The notes beneath the pieces were generated by a model. The model did no database searches and had not been told where the DNA came from. It was given only the letters and a program-made list of their open reading frames with translations. Shown here one piece after another: positions 48,054 through 58,796 of a stretch of 64,000 nt of DNA; position 1 is the first letter of the stretch; every line of letters begins with the position of its first letter. The position numbers were made by a program, and so were the translations under genes. The stretch lies in the NCBI GenBank assembly GCA_029775855.1, contig JARVJZ010000006.1:1-64000 (forward strand), written 5' to 3'. Source of the DNA: Nitrososphaeria archaeon (GTDB lineage Archaea > Thermoproteota > Nitrososphaeria > Nitrososphaerales > JAAOZN01).

Positions 48054-49040
48054 TTGGGCGACATAGGAATATACTATGGCGAGGAACTCCTCCAATACGC
48101 TTTTCCTAATGGACATAAGTTCAATAAAGAGCGTGTTAAATCTTTTTGGGAAGCGGTTCAAATTCTTGGGTTGCTGGAAAGAAGAGAGGTTAGGGTGCTT
48201 AAACCCGCCTTAGCTTCTACAGACATCTTAGAACTCTTTCATACAAAAGAGCACATAGAGTTTGTTAAGAAGATGTCAGAGGTTGGCTCTGGGCTTCTTG
48301 ACTACGGGGATACACCAGCCTTTAAAGGAGTCTTTGAAGCTGCTAGCTATGTTGTGGGCTCTGTTGTAGACGCTGTTGATAGAGTAATGTTAGGAGAAGT
48401 AGAACACTGCTTCATACCAGTAGCGGGGTTGCACCACGCAAGAAGAGATAGAGCAGCGGGCTTCTGCGTCTTCAACGACATAGGTGTAGCTATCGTCTAT
48501 GCGAAGAAAAAGTATGGGCTTAATAGAATACTATATGTTGATATAGATGCGCATCACGGTGACGGGGTATTCTACGAATTCTATGACGATCCAATGGTGT
48601 GGATAGCTGACATACATGAAGATGGCCGCTACCTCTACCCAGGTACTGGATTTAGAGAGGAAACAGGTTCGCCACACGCACCAAACACCAAACTGAACAT
48701 ACCACTACCGCCTGGCGCAACCGACAGGGAATTCATTGAAGCGTTTAAAGAAGTTGAAGAATTCGCACGGAGAGCTGAACCTCAACTCATCTTTTTCCAA
48801 TGTGGCGCAGACGGGTTAGAAGGCGATCCTATAACTCACTTAAGATACACCTATAGGGCGCATAGACACGCTGCTGAGAGATTACATGAAGTAGCTCATA
48901 TTTTATGCAAAGGGAGAATTATCGCAACAGGAGGCGGAGGGTATAATGAGAATAACACAGCCGCTGCTTGGAATGCAGTACTTATGGGCTTCCTAGGGCC
49001 TAGGTGGGATATGCCTACTTCTCCAGGCTATATGCTATAG
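48054..49040 (+). CDS. Histone deacetylase family / AcuC-like deacetylase
   Basis: GLHHA..AAGFCVFND, DIDAHHGDG, GADG..GDP, GGGGY. Confidence 0.93.
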   Translation: MGDIGIYYGEELLQYAFPNGHKFNKERVKSFWEAVQILGLLERREVRVLKPALASTDILELFHTKEHIEFVKKMSEVGSGLLDYGDTPAFKGVFEAASYVVGSVVDAVDRVMLGEVEHCFIPVAGLHHARRDRAAGFCVFNDIGVAIVYAKKKYGLNRILYVDIDAHHGDGVFYEFYDDPMVWIADIHEDGRYLYPGTGFREETGSPHAPNTKLNIPLPPGATDREFIEAFKEVEEFARRAEPQLIFFQCGADGLEGDPITHLRYTYRAHRHAAERLHEVAHILCKGRIIATGGGGYNENNTAAAWNAVLMGFLGPRWDMPTSPGYML

Positions 49041-50150
49041 CCCCCATGCGTGGCTTAGAGACTCTAGTCTTTTTAAAGCGCCTCTAATCTGTTCTCTCTC
49101 CGCTTCAGATGATTCAAGGTAGCCTCTCAGTTTGCTTATCGTTTTATCCATTGTTCTTCGATCTACTGGATAAGGTACGCCGTCTTTGCCTCCGTGTGCG
49201 AATGTGAACTTCGCTGGATCTTTCCAAGATGGCGGTGAGCCATATATTAGCTGTGATACTAGGGCTAGGGCGCGTACTACTGCTGGTCCTACTCCTTGCA
49301 CAGCTAAAAGTTCTTCGTAGTTCTTGGGTTGGATGTCATATAGTTTTTTGAAGAGGTTCCAGTCGAGTCTTCTCGGCATTTTGAAGATGGGAGTGGGTGT
49401 AGATGGCTTTTCTATTGAGAACCATTGATCTAATGTGTGCTGCCCGCTGAGTAGTCTTATGGAGCTGATAAGGTTCTCTGGGCTGCCTTTTACTAGGTCT
49501 ACTGCCACACGCCTAGATTCTTCTGATTCTTTTGCTGTCATATCGAGAACCCTTGTTTCCAGCTTTGGGGCGGCTATGCCGCTGTGTGGCGTGCAAACGA
49601 AGCTTGCTAACTGTTTGCTAAGCCAGTGGTAGCGTCGTGCCAACTTATGCTCTACATTTAGGCCTTGCTGGATGATGCACCATTCGCCCTTTTCCGATAT
49701 GAATAATGTGTGGTGGTATATTGGGTAGTTACACTGTATGGCTGCGGTGTCCACTTTAGCTGCCATTCTGCTGCTGTATTTTAAGGCGTTTAGTTTATGT
49801 TCTGGCAGAGAGAGTTCTCCACCTATCTTTTCTATTTCTAACTGTGTCTTTAAAGCTGATTTCCCTTTGCCTCCAGCTACTTTGATACCATGCTCTTCGA
49901 CTTTAAGCACATCTTTCAATACACCACATACAACTGTGGTTAAGCCTGAGGAATGCCAGTCAAATCCTAACACGCAGCCAAAGGATTGAAACCAGAGGGG
50001 TGAGCTGAGCTTCTCTAAGATACCTGAAGCACCTTCTTCCCTATACATTACCTTTAGCATAGCGTCTGAGAGAGCCTTCATTCTAACTGTGAGCCACTTT
50101 GGCGCATGTCCATAGTGTAAGGGGAGGTAGACTACGCCGCTCTTCCTCAA
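49035..50150 (-). CDS. DUF763 family protein
   Basis: LPLHYGHAP.WL, GFDWHSSGLTT, AKVDTAAIQ, ARRYHW, FAHGGKDGVPYPVD. Confidence 0.9.
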   Translation of the reverse strand: MRKSGVVYLPLHYGHAPKWLTVRMKALSDAMLKVMYREEGASGILEKLSSPLWFQSFGCVLGFDWHSSGLTTVVCGVLKDVLKVEEHGIKVAGGKGKSALKTQLEIEKIGGELSLPEHKLNALKYSSRMAAKVDTAAIQCNYPIYHHTLFISEKGEWCIIQQGLNVEHKLARRYHWLSKQLASFVCTPHSGIAAPKLETRVLDMTAKESEESRRVAVDLVKGSPENLISSIRLLSGQHTLDQWFSIEKPSTPTPIFKMPRRLDWNLFKKLYDIQPKNYEELLAVQGVGPAVVRALALVSQLIYGSPPSWKDPAKFTFAHGGKDGVPYPVDRRTMDKTISKLRGYLESSEAEREQIRGALKRLESLSHAWGL

Positions 50151-50194
50151 ATCATTCCTTCTAATAGTATGTTGCTCGAGTATTATAGTTGTTG

Positions 50195-51514
50195 CTACGG
50201 TGTTAGTGTGACTGTGTCTCTTGGGTAAAGAACAACCTCTCTTATATTTTCCTTCCCAGTGAGTATCATCATAAAGCGGTCTAAGCCGAAGCCCCAGCCT
50301 GAATGTGGGGGCATACCCCAGTCAAAGACCTTAAGGTGTTCTGAGAAGGATGAAGGGTCTAACCCCAATTCTATCATTCTATCCTCAAGTTTTCTCCTAT
50401 TTGAGATCCTTCTGCCTCCAGAGGCTAGTTCTAATGCGCCGAACTGTAGATCAAAAGATTTTGAGATGTCTGCTTCTGTATCTATGTAGAAAGGTTTAAG
50501 CTGCGGGGGCCACTCGGTAATAAAGTAGAAGCCTTTATGGAGCTCACCTAATGCCTTTAAAGCAGAGTCTGTGAGATCTTCTCCTTCTTCTATTTTGAAA
50601 ACGACCTTCTGCAACTCTCTTACAGCATCTCTATATGTGATTCTTGGGAAGGGTAAAGTCGGCTTCTCTATGGTATGTTTTAGAGTGTTGAGTTCATCCT
50701 TATTATACTCTAAAACAGAGTCTATACAGTTCGCAACCATCCTTTCACAAACACCCATAACATCCTCCATATCATAGTATGCTGCTTCGATATCCACACT
50801 TATGAACTCGCTTAGATGCCTTCTCGTATTCGACTTTTCAGCCCTAAAGAAAACTGAGATCTCAAATACTTTCTCTAAGGCTAGGGTTAGCTGCTCCTTA
50901 TAGAGCTGTGGGCTTTGAGCAAGATATGCTTGGCGCCCAAAGTAGTCTAGCGTAAATAGTGTTGCACCTCCTTCAGCAGCTTGCCCTATGATCTTAGGCG
51001 TATTAACTTCAATAAAACCTTCATTTATCAGCGTGCGCCTTATAGATTGCAACACAGTATGGCGAATCTTAAATATTGCAGCTACAGTAGGGTTTCTTAG
51101 ATCAAGTGCCCTTGAGCTTATTCTTAGGTCTAGTGCTGACGGTGTTCTACCGGTTGGGTCTATTGGCAGCGGATGTGTAGCATATGAGAGAACTTTGAAC
51201 TCTCTAACTTCAACTTCGACTTTAACCGCTTTAGCTCTGCTCTTCTGCACAACACCAGAAGCACTTATCACGCTTTGCCTAGGTGTCTGAAGCGCCTCAT
51301 CATATAACTTGCCTAGCTCTCTGCGTAATAGCAGCTGCGCTACACCTGAGACATCTCTAACGGTTATGAAAGCAATAGACCCTAAGGGGCGGATATCCTC
51401 AATCCAACCAGCAACCCTTACATTCTGCCCAACCAAATCTTCTGTGAGCTGCGATGCAACATGTGTCCTTAAACTACCTAAACCAACCTTAACACTAGGC
51501 TCTTTATGCGCCAC
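50195..51514 (-). CDS. aspS: Aspartyl-tRNA synthetase (archaeal type)
   Basis: OB fold, LAQSPQLYKE, FRAEKSNTRRHLSEF, GMPPHSGWGFGLDR. Confidence 0.95.
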   Translation of the reverse strand: MAHKEPSVKVGLGSLRTHVASQLTEDLVGQNVRVAGWIEDIRPLGSIAFITVRDVSGVAQLLLRRELGKLYDEALQTPRQSVISASGVVQKSRAKAVKVEVEVREFKVLSYATHPLPIDPTGRTPSALDLRISSRALDLRNPTVAAIFKIRHTVLQSIRRTLINEGFIEVNTPKIIGQAAEGGATLFTLDYFGRQAYLAQSPQLYKEQLTLALEKVFEISVFFRAEKSNTRRHLSEFISVDIEAAYYDMEDVMGVCERMVANCIDSVLEYNKDELNTLKHTIEKPTLPFPRITYRDAVRELQKVVFKIEEGEDLTDSALKALGELHKGFYFITEWPPQLKPFYIDTEADISKSFDLQFGALELASGGRRISNRRKLEDRMIELGLDPSSFSEHLKVFDWGMPPHSGWGFGLDRFMMILTGKENIREVVLYPRDTVTLTP

Positions 51515-51562
51515 AAGGAGGAAGCCAACACTTAAAACAATTTAAGATTTTTCACAAACACT

Positions 51563-52096
51563 TTACAAAGCTTTAGCGTAACTTGCGCGCTCAAACTCGA
51601 CAAGAAGATCGATATTACGCACCGCCTTAACAACCTTCTTAATCAACTCAACATCCAAAGGGAAGCGCTCCGTCTTTCTACCCGGAATTATAACCTTCGT
51701 AAGCTTGCTACCATCAGGCAGCCAAACCACGTTGACAGTCAAGATTCTTATAGGGTAGAAGAGGTCTTCAAGCATCTTACGGTCTGTAGACTCAGCCTCT
51801 ATAAGCATAGTCTTACCACCCATAGCATCCTCTATACTCTTATGTATGGACGGGTTAGAACGCAAAATGTTAAGATTACCTGCAGCGAAGGTCAACACAT
51901 AGACACCATCCACACTTTGAGCTCTTACCAAAGAAACTCTACTTAACTCAGGCACCTTTTCCGCTAACTTTGTCAACTTAATCGAAGCTTCGACATCAAG
52001 TTCACTAATATGACCCCCCTTAAGCCTCGCTTCACACTTAGGGCATAAAATACCCGTCTTGGCGTCGAAGGCGCAGATGGGGGTCTTTATAGTCAT
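51563..52096 (-). CDS. NusA-like KH protein with N-terminal Zn finger
   Basis: PICAFDAKTGILCPKC, VNVVWLPDGS; lies between alba and aspS. Confidence 0.75.
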   Translation of the reverse strand: MTIKTPICAFDAKTGILCPKCEARLKGGHISELDVEASIKLTKLAEKVPELSRVSLVRAQSVDGVYVLTFAAGNLNILRSNPSIHKSIEDAMGGKTMLIEAESTDRKMLEDLFYPIRILTVNVVWLPDGSKLTKVIIPGRKTERFPLDVELIKKVVKAVRNIDLLVEFERASYAKAL

Positions 52097-52177
52097 GCGT
52101 ATAATGGAGGGTGGATAAGGGTAAATAAACCTATATGTGGTTAGGAGTATTTTAGAAAAAAATTAGGAAAGAGGCGA

Positions 52178-52462
52178 CTAAGCCGCTTTCCCTAAGTAGA
52201 TTTCGATGGAGCTGACGTTGCTGATATTGCCGGTTTCGCTGCTCTTTATCTGCTCTGTATCTATCTTTATGTTCTTCACGACGATGTCTGATGCAAACTT
52301 CTTGCGTGTGATCTCGGCTGTGTCGACTGCTTTGCTGATTGCCCTACCTCTAGCCTTTAGGACGACCTCGTTAGCGCCGTTCTGGATCATGGTTAGGCAG
52401 GCTAGAACATAGTTCATCACTGGTTTTTTTCCAATCAGTATAGTTGTTGACGATTCTGGCAT
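52178..52462 (-). CDS. albA: DNA/RNA-binding protein Alba
   Basis: [28 protein letters not shown]. Confidence 0.97.
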   Translation of the reverse strand: MPESSTTILIGKKPVMNYVLACLTMIQNGANEVVLKARGRAISKAVDTAEITRKKFASDIVVKNIKIDTEQIKSSETGNISNVSSIEIYLGKAA

Positions 52463-52523
52463 TTTGCCTTCGCCCTTTTAGTAGACATAACTATCATTAT
52501 TATGGTCTTAAAATATTTACGGT

Positions 52524-53855
52524 TCACCCTACAGCTTTGGTCACTTTTGTCTGTTTTATGAGCATATAGGGAGTTAGAGTTGGTGTTTGAACCTCCCACC
52601 AGTAGATCCATCTTCGCTCTTCTGTGGTTGCTGCTATGTTTTTTAGCTGCCTAGGTAGGCTGTCGCTAATCCTAAGCCCAGCTACAGCGTGCTTCACTTC
52701 ACCGCTTTTGATGTAGAAAGCCGCATCCCTTGGTAATGTTGAATACTCTCCACTTCTTAGATTCTGAAATCTGGTATACCAGTTGTTAGTTATGTAAAAT
52801 CCTTCACCTACTTCTTTTAACAGTTCATCTAAACTGCGGCTTCCAGCGTTCACTTCAAGGTTCCAGGGGTGAGGGGCGATGATACCAGCTGAGCCTGTTG
52901 ATGCCGCTTTGAACCTTTCTGCTGTGCTTGAGTTATGAAGGTAGGTTTTGAGCACACCATTCTCTATAATTACATTATCACGGGTAGGCACACCTTCATC
53001 ATCAAAGATTCTTGTGTTTAACGAGCCCTCTACCACACCGTGATCAATAAGTGTAAAGAGATCGCAAGCAACTTGCTCGTTGAGCTTATCAGCTAAGAAA
53101 GAGATGCCTGATTCTACTGCGAATGCTGAGGCTGCTTCGCCAACGTGTTGTATCAGGTCTGCTGCTACTGTAGGTGAAATTACTATGTCGTAAACACCTT
53201 CACTCCAAGGACCTCTGTTAACGGCCTTCTTAGCGTATTGTGCGGCTTCTTCAGCAGCTTTTAGGGGGTTAAACGTGTTAAGATGGGTTGAACAAGCTAA
53301 CCCGTGTCCGCTCGCATCGTCTATGAAGACTCTTTGGTTGAGCAGTATCCGGGTAGATCTATCGCTTTGTCTCACCCCACCTGTGCTAACTATACTCAAC
53401 TTGCTAGCTTCCGCGGTTATCGTGCCTGCGGTTCTTTTTCCACCCTTTTGAATGGCTTGATCTATGATCTGCTTAGCATAATCCTCAAGCAAACTTTCTT
53501 CGCAAGATTCGATCTTTGGGTCATAGTTTCCGTGGGTAGGGTATGAGAAAGGACCTTTCGGTAGATGTGTGTAGTGTGGGTTTGGCTCAAGCATCTTGCA
53601 AGATTCGATGAGCCTGAAAACAAAATCTTTAAGAGCATTTTGAGTTGGATTTGAGGTTGAGCCTATTATCCTCCTCCTTCCTATAGACGCATACACAAAG
53701 ACAACAACATCTTTTATACTCTTGGTTACTGATAGAGCGTTATTATTAAATCTAAGCATTCTTTCCCAGATCTGCGCTGCGATAACGGAAGCATCTTCAG
53801 CACCCAATCTAACCAGATGATCAAGAACTTCGGAAGCTGTTACTTCAGTATCCAA
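52524..53855 (-). CDS. TldE/PmbA family protein
   Basis: FDDEGVPT..IENGVLKTYLHN, STGSAG; downstream of tldD. Confidence 0.9.
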   Translation of the reverse strand: MDTEVTASEVLDHLVRLGAEDASVIAAQIWERMLRFNNNALSVTKSIKDVVVFVYASIGRRRIIGSTSNPTQNALKDFVFRLIESCKMLEPNPHYTHLPKGPFSYPTHGNYDPKIESCEESLLEDYAKQIIDQAIQKGGKRTAGTITAEASKLSIVSTGGVRQSDRSTRILLNQRVFIDDASGHGLACSTHLNTFNPLKAAEEAAQYAKKAVNRGPWSEGVYDIVISPTVAADLIQHVGEAASAFAVESGISFLADKLNEQVACDLFTLIDHGVVEGSLNTRIFDDEGVPTRDNVIIENGVLKTYLHNSSTAERFKAASTGSAGIIAPHPWNLEVNAGSRSLDELLKEVGEGFYITNNWYTRFQNLRSGEYSTLPRDAAFYIKSGEVKHAVAGLRISDSLPRQLKNIAATTEERRWIYWWEVQTPTLTPYMLIKQTKVTKAVG

Positions 53856-53862
53856 GCCTCTT

Positions 53863-55305
53863 TCACCTCACACCAAGCTTTATGCTTCTAAGCCTAATAT
53901 GAGGACCACCTGTCCATACGGGTGCACCTTGCATAGGGTCTCCTTTCCCGCAGCTCGCTGCTTTGAACTGTAGGTCTTTGCCTCTCGCGTCAACGCTGCT
54001 CCAAAACTTTGGGGTTGTTACTTCTAGTATAGGTGCTTTTACACCAGCTTTAAGTTCTCCTTGCTCTATGAGATAGGCTTCTAAACCAACATATCTTTGG
54101 TTCATTCTTATATCGTCTATGTTCCACTCCATAAACGATTTTATGTAGACGCCAAGCTTAACGCCTTCGAGCAGCTCTGCGAATGTATAGTCTCCTGGCT
54201 CAACGTATGTGTTCGCCATTCTTATGATGGGTTCGCGGTTATAGGCTACGCTTCTTGATGCAGCGTTGCTTTTTGTTGAGAAAGTGTTTGCTGTAGCGCG
54301 GTTGTGTAAATATTCTTTTATTACTCCTCCTTCTATAAGCCTTCTCTTTCTAGCCTTTACACCTTCTTCATCGTAAAGGTAGAAGCCCATCGAGTGAGGT
54401 ATGGTTGGGTCATCGCTCACATAGGCTTCGCTGCTCCCAATCCTCAACCCTAAGCTATCTATCTTCAAATATGATTCTCCGGCTTGAGCGCCTTCTCTTC
54501 CAAGTATTCTGTCTGCTTCAGCTGGGTGCCCAGAGGATTCATGCGCGACTAAGCCCACAACGTCAGGTCCAAGGATTACATCTATTGGTTCTAGAGGTGG
54601 GTTGAGTGTGCTCTTTACAGCTTTTGCTAGGTTTGAGCCTTCTTCTTTAAAAAATGTGAGGGGGTCTAAGCGTTTTACTACCTCCCAGCCTCCGCTTTCA
54701 CCTAAAGCAGCGTATCCTGCGGGTATCGTTATGGTGTGGTTTCTTCCATCATATGTTGCGTTGATGAAGGAAGATATGCTTACTCGGGGCACTCTACTCC
54801 TCAGCTCAGCGCCTTCGCTGTTTGTGTAGAACTTTTCTTCCACAGAGGTTTCTACCATCAAGAGCCTATTTGTGAATGAGACGCCGTGAAAACCATTCTT
54901 TATCTCGTTATCTAATTCTTTGAGGAGGTTGAGCATAGTCTGCACATCTACATCCTCAAGTTTCTCCTTCTCTTCGGCGCTCCACACACCTTTACCCATC
55001 TCTTCGCAGCTGAATTTTATAGGTTCGCCGAGTAAGTTGATGGATGCCTTCGCTCTTTTGAACACTTCTTCTACGAGGTCTTTGATTGATTGAGTCGATA
55101 GGATATTAGTAGCCCCAAAGGCTAATGCGCCTTTATATCTAACTCTAACTCCTAACCCAAAAGAGTCTGCTAGTATTGTAGGCTCTGGTGTTGAATTCTT
55201 TAGTAGGCAGCCAACTTCTATGGTGCGGTGAAGCCTTGCTTCAACATAATCTACACCTAAGGAGAGGCCATAGTTTACTGCAAGCTTAGCTAAATCTAAA
55301 TCCAT
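53863..55305 (-). CDS. tldD: TldD family metalloprotease
   Basis: HESSGHPAEADR, YDEEG, IRMANTY, CGKGDP.Q. Start set to ATG 55305. Confidence 0.92.
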   Translation of the reverse strand: MDLDLAKLAVNYGLSLGVDYVEARLHRTIEVGCLLKNSTPEPTILADSFGLGVRVRYKGALAFGATNILSTQSIKDLVEEVFKRAKASINLLGEPIKFSCEEMGKGVWSAEEKEKLEDVDVQTMLNLLKELDNEIKNGFHGVSFTNRLLMVETSVEEKFYTNSEGAELRSRVPRVSISSFINATYDGRNHTITIPAGYAALGESGGWEVVKRLDPLTFFKEEGSNLAKAVKSTLNPPLEPIDVILGPDVVGLVAHESSGHPAEADRILGREGAQAGESYLKIDSLGLRIGSSEAYVSDDPTIPHSMGFYLYDEEGVKARKRRLIEGGVIKEYLHNRATANTFSTKSNAASRSVAYNREPIIRMANTYVEPGDYTFAELLEGVKLGVYIKSFMEWNIDDIRMNQRYVGLEAYLIEQGELKAGVKAPILEVTTPKFWSSVDARGKDLQFKAASCGKGDPMQGAPVWTGGPHIRLRSIKLGVR

Positions 55306-55393
55306 GCCGTTTAGGTATCGGAAGGCGGTGTATAATTTTTTTATGCACCGCTTTACAGAAAAATTTTTACTGAGAAGCGCTGTAGGCTCTCGG

Positions 55394-56599
55394 ATGTTAA
55401 CCGAACTAGATATTCTTAGGACAGTAGCCAGCTTAGGTTTGCTCATCTTTATAGCAAGAGTATTTGCTGCGCTTCTCAAGAGAGTTAAGATTCCTGAGGT
55501 AGTTGGCCTCATATTGGCGGGTATAGTTTTTGGACCGTATGCGTTAGGTGGGCATATTCACTTATTTGGTGAACCGTTGATAGAGTTTAATGAACTTACA
55601 GTGGCATTTTCAGAGATGGGGGCGGTGATAGTGCTTTTTGCTGCAGGGTTGGAGTTTAGCTACGCTGATTTGCGTAAAACGGGCGGTCCATCTTTTTTGA
55701 TAGGTGGTGTTGGTGTGATAATACCTTTCTTTTTAGGTTATCAAGCGTCTCTACTATTGGGTCTTGGATGGACTGCTGCGCTGATAATCGGTGCTGCGTT
55801 AACCGCAACTTCTATAGCCATTACAGTAGAGGTTCTCAGAGAAATACGTCAGTTCAACTCTATAGAGGGCAGAATAATTGTTAACGCAGCACTCATAGAC
55901 GACGTACTTGGCTTAACGGTACTAGCAATAGTCACATCTATAGGATTAAGTGGAGCAGATATAACTTTGAGCAGACTACTTTATGTCGTAGTAACATCCA
56001 TTAGCCTATGGCTGATAATGCTAGTCATAGCTGGTTTGATCTTCCCAAGAATTGTAAACTTGGCGTCAATATGGAAGGCTAGGGGAACCGTTGAAGCTAT
56101 AGCCACAGGGCTATGTTTCGCTACAGCTGCAGCTGCTTATGCAGTAGGTCTTTCACCTATTGTAGGTGCTTTTGCTGCTGGAATGGCTTTAGCCGGGTCT
56201 AAAGCGGTTTTGCAGATAAGCGAGTTTACGTCTAACTTGGAACTTATATTTGGACCTATATTTTTCGCTTCTATCGGCGCTTATGTTAATCCCTCTGCGC
56301 TTGTAAACCTTAATGTGCTGCTTTTCTTGATTATGGGGTTTGTTGCTATTATAAGTAAGATGATAGGATGCGGGCTTCCTGCGTGGTTAATCTATAGGAA
56401 TAGGAAGATCGGTATGCGCGTAGGCATAGGTATGGTTTCAAGGGGCGAAGTAGGTTTCATAATTTTGGGTATCGGATTAAGCCGCGCCATTCTTGATGTG
56501 GCTACATATTCGGCGCTGCTGCTCGTCGTATTATTTACAACCATCATCACGCCAAGCTTGGTGAAGAGAAGTTTTGCATCGAGGGGAAAGACAGAATAG
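55394..56599 (+). CDS. Cation:proton antiporter (CPA2/NapA-like)
   Basis: LFAAGLE, TATSIAIT, AALIDDVLG, SKMIG, MVSRGEVG. Start set to ATG 55394. Confidence 0.92.
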   Translation: MLTELDILRTVASLGLLIFIARVFAALLKRVKIPEVVGLILAGIVFGPYALGGHIHLFGEPLIEFNELTVAFSEMGAVIVLFAAGLEFSYADLRKTGGPSFLIGGVGVIIPFFLGYQASLLLGLGWTAALIIGAALTATSIAITVEVLREIRQFNSIEGRIIVNAALIDDVLGLTVLAIVTSIGLSGADITLSRLLYVVVTSISLWLIMLVIAGLIFPRIVNLASIWKARGTVEAIATGLCFATAAAAYAVGLSPIVGAFAAGMALAGSKAVLQISEFTSNLELIFGPIFFASIGAYVNPSALVNLNVLLFLIMGFVAIISKMIGCGLPAWLIYRNRKIGMRVGIGMVSRGEVGFIILGIGLSRAILDVATYSALLLVVLFTTIITPSLVKRSFASRGKTE

Positions 56600-56631
56600 C
56601 TAGTTAACCAATTGGTAAGCTGGTAGCATGT

Positions 56632-57207
56632 ATGGAACTTGATGAACTTGATTACCGCCTCGCTAAAGCGCTGCAAGAAGATGGTAGGTTAACTACTAGG
56701 CAGATAGCCTCCTTAATTAAGGTAAGTGAACCTACTGTGAGAAGCAGATTGAAAAAACTTAGGGAGTTGGGTGTGTTGAATATTAAGGCATCTTTAGATC
56801 TTAGAAAGATAGATTGCACAGCTGCTTTTCTAACGTTGAAGCTTAAGGCTTCGAATATTCAAGAGGTTTTGAAGAACTTATCTAGTTTTCCTGAGGTGGA
56901 TGCAGCTTACCAAACCTTTGGCGAATATGATCTAGTAATCTTGGCTACTGCGAAAGATGTTAAGGGTATTCAGAGGTTAAGCGAAAAGTTGGCTGGTTTG
57001 GACGGGGTTGAGGTGCTTAGAGTGAGTATGCTTCTTGATGCTTTGGTTGAGCGAAGAGGGTTTAGTGTTAGGGTTGGTGTAGGCGTTAAGGTTAACTGCT
57101 TTAACTGTAGAAAAGAGATTAAAAGTGAAGAGATGATTGAGCATGAGGGAAGATTCTTTTGCAGCCAAGTGTGCCTTAACAAATACAAAACGGAGCGTGA
57201 AACTTAA
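56632..57207 (+). CDS. Lrp/AsnC regulator with C-terminal TRASH (metal-binding) domain
   Basis: LDELD..LQEDGR HTH, RAM domain GEYDL, C-terminal CFNC...FCSQVC. Confidence 0.88.
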   Translation: MELDELDYRLAKALQEDGRLTTRQIASLIKVSEPTVRSRLKKLRELGVLNIKASLDLRKIDCTAAFLTLKLKASNIQEVLKNLSSFPEVDAAYQTFGEYDLVILATAKDVKGIQRLSEKLAGLDGVEVLRVSMLLDALVERRGFSVRVGVGVKVNCFNCRKEIKSEEMIEHEGRFFCSQVCLNKYKTERET

Positions 57208-57238
57208 ATACATATATTTCTTTGAAGCACAAAATTAG

Positions 57239-58156
57239 ATGAGCAAAATTAGAGTTTGGTTCGAGGAACTAAGACCACCTTTCCTTATACTTTCAATCGT
57301 CTTCACAATCTTAGGTATAGTAGTAGCTTTAAAAGACGGCTTCTTTAACCCAATTCACGCAGCCTTAACTCTAGTTGGGGTTGCAGCTCTGCACGCTGCT
57401 GCTAATGTCTTGAACGATTACTTTGATTATCGTAGCGGCATCGATGTAGAGACAGAGAGGACCCCTTTTAGCGGGGGAAGCGGTATTCTTCCAAGCGCTA
57501 AGATGACCCCCAAGGCTGTGCTGCTTGAAGGTGTGTTGCTTCTGCTTGCTGGTTTGGGCATAGGCTTCTACTTTATCTATGTTAGCGGGTTTAACCCTAT
57601 CCTAATATTTCTTGTTGCATTTGCTGGTGCTGGGATAGTGCTCTATTCGCCAATCATATCTCACATAGGCTTCGGCGAGATTCTAGTTGGGTTATGTTTT
57701 GGTTCACCTCTCCTTCTAGGAGTATACTTCGTTCAAACTTCTGCGCTGAGCTTGGAAGCTGGTTTAATCGGTTTAATTACTGGAATATTGACGGCTGCTG
57801 TGCTCTATGTGAACGAGTTTCCAGACTTTAAAGCTGATGTGAAGTTTGGAAGATATCATGCTGTGGCAAGGTTAGGTAAGGCGAGGGCTGCATCCATCTT
57901 AAAATACATATTCGCCTCCGCATACATAGTTCTAATAATTTCATCAGCAGCAAGAATAATTCCCTTTGTCGCCTTGATAGCTCTACTTACCGCTGCGCAC
58001 GCAAGGTTAGCTTATAAAATTCTTGCTGCGAAGTATGACGATAACAAGCAGATTATACCGGCTATGGCTAATACAGTCAAGACCGCCATACTTACGGGTG
58101 TGCTACTAATCATAGCATATGTTGTAGTTTGGGTTGCTTCTCTCTTTGGCTTTTAA
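57239..58156 (+). CDS. MenA/UbiA family prenyltransferase
   Basis: ELRPPFL, NDYFDYRSGID, FSGGSG, NEFPD..AD..GR. Confidence 0.88.
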   Translation: MSKIRVWFEELRPPFLILSIVFTILGIVVALKDGFFNPIHAALTLVGVAALHAAANVLNDYFDYRSGIDVETERTPFSGGSGILPSAKMTPKAVLLEGVLLLLAGLGIGFYFIYVSGFNPILIFLVAFAGAGIVLYSPIISHIGFGEILVGLCFGSPLLLGVYFVQTSALSLEAGLIGLITGILTAAVLYVNEFPDFKADVKFGRYHAVARLGKARAASILKYIFASAYIVLIISSAARIIPFVALIALLTAAHARLAYKILAAKYDDNKQIIPAMANTVKTAILTGVLLIIAYVVVWVASLFGF

Positions 58157-58195
58157 AAGATCTAAAGAAATAACTTGAATGAAGGATAGGGTTGG

Positions 58196-58792
58196 TTGAT
58201 GCTTAGCGTCCATGTTGCTGATGTAACTTACCTCTCTTTAAGTTGGGATGAAGTTGAGGATTATGTTTCAGAGTTGGCTGAGCGGGTATACAGCGTCTAC
58301 CAACCTAACACTCTACTGGCTGTGATGAGGGGAGGCGCGATTGTTGGGGTTATGTTGGCTGACAGATTAGGGGTCAGAAGAGTCTGCACAGTAAACCTAA
58401 GATTTTATGAGAAGCCTGAGGTTAGAGGTGTTTTGGATATTTATCAGAAGCCGCCTATGGAGTGCATATCTAATAACGTGGTGCTGGTTATAGATGATAT
58501 TGTTGATACTGGTCAAAGCCTTTCAGCGGTTATGCATTTGAGAGCGCTTAGGAGAGCCAAGGAGGTTAGAAGCTCAGCCCTATTAGTGAAGGAGCATTCG
58601 ACATACATGCCAGACTTCTATATTAGAAAGGTAGAGGGGTGGGTCTTCTACCCTTGGGAGGTCAGAGAAGCTTGCGAGGAAATCTACTCTAAAATATGCA
58701 GCATAAACGAAGCTAAAAAGATACTCATAAATGGCTTAGGGTTCTCCCAGAAGGCGGTTGAGCAAGTCTTAGGGCGGTTAAAGGTGAAATAA
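58196..58792 (+). CDS. Purine phosphoribosyltransferase family protein
   Basis: LSWD, VMRGG, LVIDDIVDTGQS, WVFYPWE. Confidence 0.88.
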   Translation: MMLSVHVADVTYLSLSWDEVEDYVSELAERVYSVYQPNTLLAVMRGGAIVGVMLADRLGVRRVCTVNLRFYEKPEVRGVLDIYQKPPMECISNNVVLVIDDIVDTGQSLSAVMHLRALRRAKEVRSSALLVKEHSTYMPDFYIRKVEGWVFYPWEVREACEEIYSKICSINEAKKILINGLGFSQKAVEQVLGRLKVK

Positions 58793-58796
58793 AATT

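Noticed and set aside
55304-55512. Apparent 200-nt head-to-head overlap of tldD and the antiporter
   Set aside because: Artefact of longest-ORF starts; ATG 55305 (-) and ATG 55394 (+) leave a normal divergent promoter.
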